From: Candidatus Thorarchaeota archaeon
Lineage (GTDB): Archaea; Asgardarchaeota; Thorarchaeia; Thorarchaeales; Thorarchaeaceae
Assembly: GCA_038893995.1 (NCBI GenBank)
Contig: JAWAQK010000058.1
Location: 1-13,612, forward strand
DNA: 13,612 bases
Direction of reading: 5' to 3'
Within the stretch, counting starts at the first letter, position 1, and the number at the start of each line of letters is the position of its first letter. The notes beneath the pieces are model-generated. The model did no database searches, was not told where the DNA came from, and worked only from the letters and a program-made list of their open reading frames with translations. Both the position numbers and the translations under genes were made by a program. This document shows positions 7,925 through 13,612 of this stretch, one piece after another.

Positions 7925-8140
7925 CTAGAGGCTCCTCCTCAGTACACGTCTGACCGACAAGGGCCCCCTCAGCCCATTGTCAATGTCAATCTCAGTCGAC
8001 ATGACAGGGAGCGATTTTCCGGTCAGCTTGAGAAGAAGTCTCGATCTGAGCATGTTGACCATCAGCATCATCTCGTTCGATGATACTGCCGACTCGAGTC
8101 GAGCCGAATGCCTTCCGGTCAATAGATCCAGGAGTCTCAT
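7925..8140 (-). CDS. Small hypothetical protein (71 aa, basic, probably helical)
   Basis: ATG 8140 preceded by GGAG; BRE/TATA-like GAAAACCTTTTGAG on the minus strand at about 8187-8200; fills the gap co-directionally with the YkgJ-PHP run. No recognisable family. Confidence 0.5.
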   Translation of the reverse strand: MRLLDLLTGRHSARLESAVSSNEMMLMVNMLRSRLLLKLTGKSLPVMSTEIDIDNGLRGPLSVRRVLRRSL

Positions 8141-8186
8141 GAATGTCTCCATTCCTGTTCTTGCTGAACTTGTGCTCTGGTGTGGG

Positions 8187-8200
8187 CTCAAAAGGTTTTC
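8187..8200 (-). promoter_or_regulatory. Putative BRE+TATA promoter for the minus-strand operon
   Basis: Minus strand reads GAAAACCTTTTGAG (A-rich BRE then a TTTTGA box) about 50 nt upstream of ATG 8140. Confidence 0.45.
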
Positions 8201-8221
8201 TAAGTTGACTCTGACTCCTAG

Positions 8222-8237
8222 CCAAAGTCCTATATAT
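8222..8237 (+). promoter_or_regulatory. Putative BRE+TATA promoter for ABCE1
   Basis: CCAAAGTCC-TATATAT about 40 nt upstream of ATG 8276; GGTGA RBS at 8266-8270. Confidence 0.55.
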
Positions 8238-8275
8238 CGAGGTCTGACCCTCTTGCGATCAAGCTGGTGACGCAG

Positions 8276-10090
8276 ATGCGTATTGCCGTCATAGACCGGA
8301 CCAGATGCAGACCCAAGGACTGCACACACGAGTGTCAGCGTTTCTGTCCTCGAGTGAGAACAGGAGATGAGACCGTCGTCTTTCCTGACGGACCCGACCG
8401 TCCCCCTGTGATAGTCGAGTCACTCTGTTCAGGAGAGGCCATCTGTGTCAAGAAGTGCCCCTACCACGTCATCAGTATCGTGAATCTCCCTGAGAAGCTG
8501 GGAGATGAGGTGACCCATAGATACTCCGTCAATGGTTTCGAGCTGTTCAGAATGCCTATCCCCAAGGAGAGACAGGTGCTTGGTCTGATCGGTCCCAATG
8601 GTGTGGGGAAGACGACGGCTATTCGCATACTTGCTGGTGAGTTGAAACCGAACCTGGGACGGTTGGAGGATCCTCCTGATTGGGATGAGATCATCCTTCA
8701 TTTCAGAGGCTCCGAACTGCAGCCCCACTTTGAGAAGATGAGAGACAGCTCGGTGGTCCCAATCCACAAGCCTCAGTCTATCGTGGACCTTCCGAAGGTG
8801 AAGAGCATTGCAGACAGACCGGTGTCAGACCTCCTTGAGTCTTCAGATGATTCGGGTCGTCTCAGGGAGATGAAGACTGGAATGAACCTGACAGAGATCT
8901 GGGATCGCCCCCTCAAGTTTCTGAGTGGCGGAGAACTCCAGAGGGTCGCCTGCACTGCTGCTATCGTGCGCGAGGGTGATATCTACTTCTTCGATGAGCC
9001 TACTGCCTACCTCGATGTCCGTGAACGTCTGAGAGTTGCAAGAGCAATACGTTCTCTCTCCGAGCAGGGCAAGACGGTAGTGGTGGTGGAACACGACCTC
9101 TCCATACTCGACTATGTCTCCGACCTCATCTGTATGTTCTATGGCGAGCCAGGCGTCTATGGAGTGTCCTCCAATCCTCATGGTACTCGAGTCGGAATCA
9201 ACATCTTCCTCGACGGGTATATCCCGGATGAGAACATGAGGTTCCGTGACACGGCAATATCCTTCAAGGGAATGCGGGCTGAGGAACAGGCGTTCTCTGG
9301 TGTAGAGACCCTGATCGAGTATGGCGATATGACCAAGAGTTACGATGACTTTCATCTCACGGTCAGTGGTGGACGTGTCTCTCGGGGTCAGATCGTTGGT
9401 ATCCTAGGTGCAAATGGGACTGGAAAGACGACCTTTGTACGTATGCTTGCAGGTGAGATCACGCCTGACACAGGCGAGCCCCCAAAAAAGACGGTACTTG
9501 GTCAGGAGTTGAAGATAAGTTACAAGCCCCAGTATCTGAGTCAAGACTATGATGGTACTGTCCGGTTGTATCTTCGACAACAGGGCGGTAGCATCGTGGA
9601 TACACCTGACTTCCAGACCTCCGTGATACGACGACTTGGTCTTGATGTTCTCATGGAACACTCAATTGCCGACCTGAGCGGAGGAGAGATGCAACGTGTT
9701 GCCATTGCTGCCTGCCTTGCTCGCGATGCTGATCTCTACCTGCTTGATGAGCCATCCGCCTTTCTTGACGTGGAACAACGCCTCGAAGTGTCGAGGGCTG
9801 TCAGAAAGACCGTCCAGGGCACCCAGAGGGCTGCCTTCGTTGTCGAACATTCATTGCTCATGGCAGACTATCTCAGCGATAGCATGGTCGTGTTTGAGGG
9901 AGTCCCCGGAAGGTCAGGCGTGGCAACGACTGTGATGAGCATGAGAGATGGCATGAACCGGTTCCTACGAGAGATGGGCGTCACTTTCAGGAGGGATCCT
10001 CAGACTGGACGCCCCAGAGTCAACAAGGCAGGTAGTCAGCTGGATGAGATGCAACGGGCGAGCAACATGTACTATTACGTAGAGAAGTAG
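8276..10090 (+). CDS. rli: Ribosome recycling factor ABCE1/RLI (Fe-S domain plus twin ABC ATPase)
   Basis: 'MRIAVID..C.P..C...C...CP' Fe-S domain; two NBDs (GPNGVGKTT/LSGGELQR/DEPTAYLD and GANGTGKTT/LSGGEMQR/DEPSAFLD); hinge 'TFRRDPQTGRPRVNK'. ATG 8276 chosen because GGTGA precedes it. Confidence 0.98.
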   Translation: MRIAVIDRTRCRPKDCTHECQRFCPRVRTGDETVVFPDGPDRPPVIVESLCSGEAICVKKCPYHVISIVNLPEKLGDEVTHRYSVNGFELFRMPIPKERQVLGLIGPNGVGKTTAIRILAGELKPNLGRLEDPPDWDEIILHFRGSELQPHFEKMRDSSVVPIHKPQSIVDLPKVKSIADRPVSDLLESSDDSGRLREMKTGMNLTEIWDRPLKFLSGGELQRVACTAAIVREGDIYFFDEPTAYLDVRERLRVARAIRSLSEQGKTVVVVEHDLSILDYVSDLICMFYGEPGVYGVSSNPHGTRVGINIFLDGYIPDENMRFRDTAISFKGMRAEEQAFSGVETLIEYGDMTKSYDDFHLTVSGGRVSRGQIVGILGANGTGKTTFVRMLAGEITPDTGEPPKKTVLGQELKISYKPQYLSQDYDGTVRLYLRQQGGSIVDTPDFQTSVIRRLGLDVLMEHSIADLSGGEMQRVAIAACLARDADLYLLDEPSAFLDVEQRLEVSRAVRKTVQGTQRAAFVVEHSLLMADYLSDSMVVFEGVPGRSGVATTVMSMRDGMNRFLREMGVTFRRDPQTGRPRVNKAGSQLDEMQRASNMYYYVEK

Positions 10091-10127
10091 GAGTCACATC
10101 ACACGCCCTCAACAACAGGTCGAGGTG

Positions 10128-10967
10128 TCAATGGGGTCTCTGTATTCCCCTATACCAGTTTCTCTTTCCTGAGCTCGCCTTCTCGTGGTCTAGTTCTGCC
10201 AGGACTCTCACAGCTTCGTTCGCGCATCTTATGACCTCGTTCTCGCCCTTGACCGCGAACACATCCCTTGCCCTGTTTGCGTATACCGCACATACGGCGC
10301 CTGTCCTGAGTCCGTAGATTCCTCCAAGGGTGAACAGGGTGGACGCCTCCATCTCGAACGTGACCACATTTGCATGTCGGAGATCATCAATCAGCGATCT
10401 ACTGAGGGAGTGTGTGTATCCCCTGTACCCGGGTCTTGACTGACCGAGGTAGAACGAGTCCGTAGATGCAGTAATACCGAGATGGTACGGTAGGTCCAGA
10501 GTCTCTGCAGCCTCTATGAGTGCTAACACTATCTCATAAGAGGCCGCTGCCGGATACTCAGACATCACGTACTGCCTGCTGGTTCCCTCAAGCCTGACGC
10601 CGGCGGTCATTATCACGAGGTCTCCAAGCTCGATTTCTGACTGGAGAGCTGCACATGATCCTACGCGTATGAAATTCATCGCCCCAACGTTTGCGAGTTC
10701 CTCCACCACTATTGCCGTACCAGGACCGCCGATACCGGTCGAACATGCCGATATCGGTACTCCCCTATACTTCCCGGTGTGTGTGATAAACTGCCTGTGG
10801 CTTGCCACCTGCTCCCAACTGTCCCACATTGAGCTTATTCTCTCTACTCGTTGTGGATCTCCCGGAAGTAGGACTGTCTGAGCCACCTCTCCCTCCTTGA
10901 CCTCGAGGTGGTACTGCCTCCTGTCCTTCCCCTCAGGTCGAGTTGCAGACATCTCTTCGTGACTCAT
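10128..10967 (-). CDS. udp: Uridine phosphorylase (NP-I family)
   Basis: 'QYHL', 'LLPGDPQRV', 'STGIGGP', 'IRVGSC', 'RLEGTS', uridine-specific 'DSFYLGQSR', and 'FEMEAS'. Start is ATG 10967 or 10952. Confidence 0.92.
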   Translation of the reverse strand: MSHEEMSATRPEGKDRRQYHLEVKEGEVAQTVLLPGDPQRVERISSMWDSWEQVASHRQFITHTGKYRGVPISACSTGIGGPGTAIVVEELANVGAMNFIRVGSCAALQSEIELGDLVIMTAGVRLEGTSRQYVMSEYPAAASYEIVLALIEAAETLDLPYHLGITASTDSFYLGQSRPGYRGYTHSLSRSLIDDLRHANVVTFEMEASTLFTLGGIYGLRTGAVCAVYANRARDVFAVKGENEVIRCANEAVRVLAELDHEKASSGKRNWYRGIQRPH

Positions 10968-11067
10968 GCTGAGTGCGCATGCACATTCCATACTCATCAA
11001 CTTCACGGTCCCGTGTGCATGCAAAGAATGAAATCCCGAGTTTACAAGGGTCGAAGACGAGATCAAG

Positions 11068-11955
11068 ATGATAGACCTTGATGACATGAGACATCTGAGT
11101 CAGGGAAAGATTGTCCGAATGCGACGACTCATGTACCAATACGGTCCCGGCAATGGCCGACTTCTTGTCCTGCCGATCGATCAGGGACTGGAACATGGTC
11201 CTGTGGACTTTCTTCCTCTTCCCGAGTCAGAAGACCCCGACTTTCAGTTCCGACTGGCCGAGGCAGGAGGTTTTTCCGCCATTGCACTTCATCTCGGTCT
11301 GGCAGAGAAATATGGCTACAGGTATGCAGGGAAGGTACCAATCATCCTGAAACTGAATGGAAAGACCAGCATTCCTCCTGATGACCACGCATTCTCTCCC
11401 CTGACCGGATCAGTCGAGGATGCCATTCGTATTGGTGCAGATGCAGTGGGTTACACGCTCTATGTCGGAAGCCCAAACCAGCACCTTGACTTCAACCAGT
11501 TCAGGAGGGTAAAGGCAGAGGCTGACAGGTTTGGAATGCCCGTCATAGTCTGGGCGTATCCCCGGGGTGAAGCAATCGAGAAGAAGGGCGGGAAGGACTC
11601 TCTCTTTGCCATTGACTATGCCGCACGTGTTGCGACCGAGCTCGGTGCGGACATGGTGAAGCTCAACGTTCCCATCGATGATCCGACCAAGCGTGCACTA
11701 CAGCCCTCCCCCTATGACACTATGAGACTCTCCCCAATAGACATGTTACGAAAGGTCGTCAGAACGGCCGGGAAGACACCTGTGCTGTTCGCTGGTGGTG
11801 GGTGGGTGGACGATGCCCAGCTACTCGAGAGAGCAAGGCTCTGCATGGAGGCCGGAGCGGCAGGTTTGATGTTCGGAAGAAACCTGTGGCAACGGCCCTG
11901 GGATGATGCACTCCGGATGGTGCAGGAACTGAAGCGCATATTGCTCTCCAGCTGA
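11068..11955 (+). CDS. fba: Class I (archaeal-type/DhnA family) fructose-1,6-bisphosphate aldolase
   Basis: 'LPIDQGLEHGP', 'ILKLNGKT', 'GYTLYVGS', 'WAYPRG' (Trp/Tyr of FBP-specific members), Schiff-base Lys in 'ELGADMVK', and 'FGRNLWQ'. Confidence 0.9.
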   Translation: MIDLDDMRHLSQGKIVRMRRLMYQYGPGNGRLLVLPIDQGLEHGPVDFLPLPESEDPDFQFRLAEAGGFSAIALHLGLAEKYGYRYAGKVPIILKLNGKTSIPPDDHAFSPLTGSVEDAIRIGADAVGYTLYVGSPNQHLDFNQFRRVKAEADRFGMPVIVWAYPRGEAIEKKGGKDSLFAIDYAARVATELGADMVKLNVPIDDPTKRALQPSPYDTMRLSPIDMLRKVVRTAGKTPVLFAGGGWVDDAQLLERARLCMEAGAAGLMFGRNLWQRPWDDALRMVQELKRILLSS

Positions 11956-11963
11956 TTCTTGCA

Positions 11964-11976
11964 GAAAATATTATAT
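11964..11976 (+). promoter_or_regulatory. Putative BRE+TATA promoter for fbp
   Basis: GAAAATA-TTATAT just after the fba stop, about 110 nt upstream of ATG 12086; AGGAG RBS at 12072-12076. Confidence 0.6.
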
Positions 11977-12085
11977 GCCGATAGAATAGTGGGGTGCCTG
12001 AGGAGTGCCTTCAACGTGTCCAGCGGGTCCGCAGGATGCGGTGGTGGCGAACCTGACCTGTGTCATGACGTAGGAGTGTACTCAT

Positions 12086-13240
12086 ATGGTTGAGACCACA
12101 ATAAGCGTGATCAAGGCTGACATTGGCTCGTTGGCGGGCCATGTGATAGTCCCTGAGTTTCTGAAGGAATTGGCGCGCAAGAAGCTCAAGGCGGCAGTAG
12201 ATGGTGGACTCATCAAGGACTTTCACGTGACTAATGCGGGGGACGACCTTGAGCTCATCATGACTCACACGAGGGGCGAGAATGACTCAGATGTGCACAG
12301 GCTTGCATGGGATACTTTCGTAGAGGGTGCGAAGCTGGCCCGCGAACACAAGATATATGCCGCTGGACAGGACATCCTCTCTGACACGTTCAGTGGTAAT
12401 GTCAAGGGCATGGGCCCAGGTTCAGCAGAGATGACATTCGAAGAGCGTCGTTCGGAACCGATTGCGATCTTCATGGCCGATAAGACTGAACCGGGTGCCT
12501 ACAACTATCCCCTCTTCAGGATCTTCGCTGACCCGTTCAATACTGCTGGCCTGGTAATTGACCCAAATCTGCATGACGGTTTCAGGTTCGTCATCCAGGA
12601 CGTCACGAAGCAGGTGCCATGCTATCTGGAGATGAAGTGCCCGGAGGAGATGTACGACCTCCTTGCCCTGATCGGTAGCACAGGAAAGTACGTCATAAAG
12701 AAAGTCTATCGTCACGATGGGATGATCGCCGCATCAGTCAGCACGGACAAGCTTCATAGCATAGCTGGAAAGTACATCGGAAAGGATGACCCTGTGGCAA
12801 TAGTACGTGGCCACTCAGGACTTCCAGCCATGGGAGAGATACTTGAGGCATTCACACTACCCCACCTTGTTGCAGGATGGATGCGTGGTTCGCACACTGG
12901 GCCTCTCATTCCAGTTGCACTCAAAGACTCCCGATGTACACGTTTCGATGGTCCCCCTCGTGTCATCTGCCTGGGTTTCCAAGTGGCAGACTCTAGACTC
13001 GTAGGTCCCGTTGACCTCTTCGATGACGTCGCCTTCGACATGACCCGTCAGAGAGCATTGGAGGTAACAGACTACATTCGTCGGCACGGGCCGTTCATGC
13101 CTCACCGTCTGCATGAGAGTGATATGGAGTACACAACCTTGCCTGGAGTCCTATCAAGGTGCGAGGGCCGATTTGTCGAGGGTGAGCTCCCAGGTCAAAC
13201 GAAACAAGGCAAGATGAAGGAAGGAAGCTCTGTAGAGTGA
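12086..13240 (+). CDS. fbp: Bifunctional fructose-1,6-bisphosphate aldolase/phosphatase (class V FBPase)
   Basis: 'SVIKADIGS..GH', 'GDDLELIMTH', 'YAAGQD', 'ADKTEPGA', 'DPFNTAGLVIDP', Schiff-base loop 'GKYIGKDDP', 'GWMRGSH', 'RFDGPP' and 'MEYTTLP'. Confidence 0.97.
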   Translation: MVETTISVIKADIGSLAGHVIVPEFLKELARKKLKAAVDGGLIKDFHVTNAGDDLELIMTHTRGENDSDVHRLAWDTFVEGAKLAREHKIYAAGQDILSDTFSGNVKGMGPGSAEMTFEERRSEPIAIFMADKTEPGAYNYPLFRIFADPFNTAGLVIDPNLHDGFRFVIQDVTKQVPCYLEMKCPEEMYDLLALIGSTGKYVIKKVYRHDGMIAASVSTDKLHSIAGKYIGKDDPVAIVRGHSGLPAMGEILEAFTLPHLVAGWMRGSHTGPLIPVALKDSRCTRFDGPPRVICLGFQVADSRLVGPVDLFDDVAFDMTRQRALEVTDYIRRHGPFMPHRLHESDMEYTTLPGVLSRCEGRFVEGELPGQTKQGKMKEGSSVE

Positions 13241-13533
13241 GAGAGACCCCCTCCTCACGGGTCTTCCAATACTGAACTTTGTCCTTCACGTCGGTGTGGG
13301 ACAGCTCGACCGATTAGGGATGATACTGAAAGTTCTCTCCCACGGATCCAGACACAATCCTCGAGAGAGATCAATAGCTCGGATCGTACATCCATGATGA
13401 CGGATGCCGACAACATGGTCAGGGACACCGACGAAACGGCCGCACGTTGACTGGAGTCCGAATGTGCCCTCACACGAGGAGGTTACGACGTAGACAGGGT
13501 CGATCTGCGATTCTTCACATGGTTTTTCCTCAA

Positions 13534-13577
13534 GCCTTTATAAGGCGGCAGCACAACCGGCGGTTTTAGAAAAACCG
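13534..13577. promoter_or_regulatory. TATA-like box inside a palindrome, followed by a second palindrome (candidate operator)
   Basis: GCCTT-TAT-AAGGC (13534-13546, containing TTTATAAG) and CGGTTTT-AGA-AAAACCG (13561-13577). Confidence 0.45.
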
Positions 13578-13612
13578 ACAAAAAACAGGTCACCATAATC
13601 CTTATCTTGTCG

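Noticed and set aside
7992-8225. 77-aa ORF ending in UGA as a possible selenoprotein
   Set aside because: Further UGA codons follow immediately, there is no redox motif, and the ORF begins upstream of the likely promoter.
7307-8270. Plus-strand ORFs of 258 aa and 97 aa
   Set aside because: Antisense to the PHP, YkgJ and small ORF genes, with no recognisable motifs; the 97-aa ORF runs through the ABCE1 TATA box.
11998-12056. Second C/D-like pair (CTGAGGA ... CTGA) in the fbp leader
   Set aside because: No terminal stem in K-turn register; the GGTGGCGAA similarity to 16S rRNA is in sense orientation, so it is not a guide.
13394-13450. Hammerhead-like arrangement (ATGATGA ... CGAAAC ... GTT)
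   Set aside because: Core C3 is A, the 10.1-11.1 pair is C-C, and stem I cannot form.
13255-13473. 72-aa minus-strand ORF
   Set aside because: Ser-rich, motif-free and without a clear RBS; not supportable as a gene.
1-13612. CRISPR arrays, IS elements/integrases, tRNA/rRNA genes, defence systems
   Set aside because: I saw no periodic repeats, terminal inverted repeats with a transposase, cloverleafs or rRNA signatures. The TOPRIM, PHP and Mut7-C proteins are stand-alone housekeeping-type, and the ABC ATPase is clearly ABCE1 rather than an OLD/Gabija/PARIS/Ppl component.

Overview
Gene-dense archaeal chromosomal window (roughly 54% GC by eye). Archaeal origin follows from ABCE1/RLI, class V FBP aldolase/phosphatase, GGTGA-type RBSs and BRE/TATA promoters. 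An Asgard (Thorarchaeia-like) source is only my impression. Gene order: partial OGG1-type 8-oxoG glycosylase (-, absent from the ORF track); a 283-nt intergenic region holding a well-formed box C/D guide sRNA candidate (+) and further hairpins; mobB-like GTPase (-); membrane-tethered alpha/beta hydrolase (+); RNase M5-like TOPRIM protein (-); Zn-dependent MDR dehydrogenase (-); OsmC-family protein (+); a probable minus-strand operon (71-aa unknown ORF, YkgJ Cys-cluster protein, TrpH/YciV-type PHP, amidohydrolase_2, Mut7-C) divergent from ABCE1 (+); uridine phosphorylase (-); class I FBP aldolase (+); FBP aldolase/phosphatase (+); and a 370-nt non-coding tail with palindromes. I saw no mobile element, CRISPR array, tRNA or rRNA. 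The most notable points are an ABCE1 with Glu in place of the sixth Fe-S cysteine, an unannotated C/D sRNA whose D' guide fits tRNA Gm18, and a concentration of RNA-turnover and nucleoside-salvage functions. I cannot establish a new system from sequence alone.
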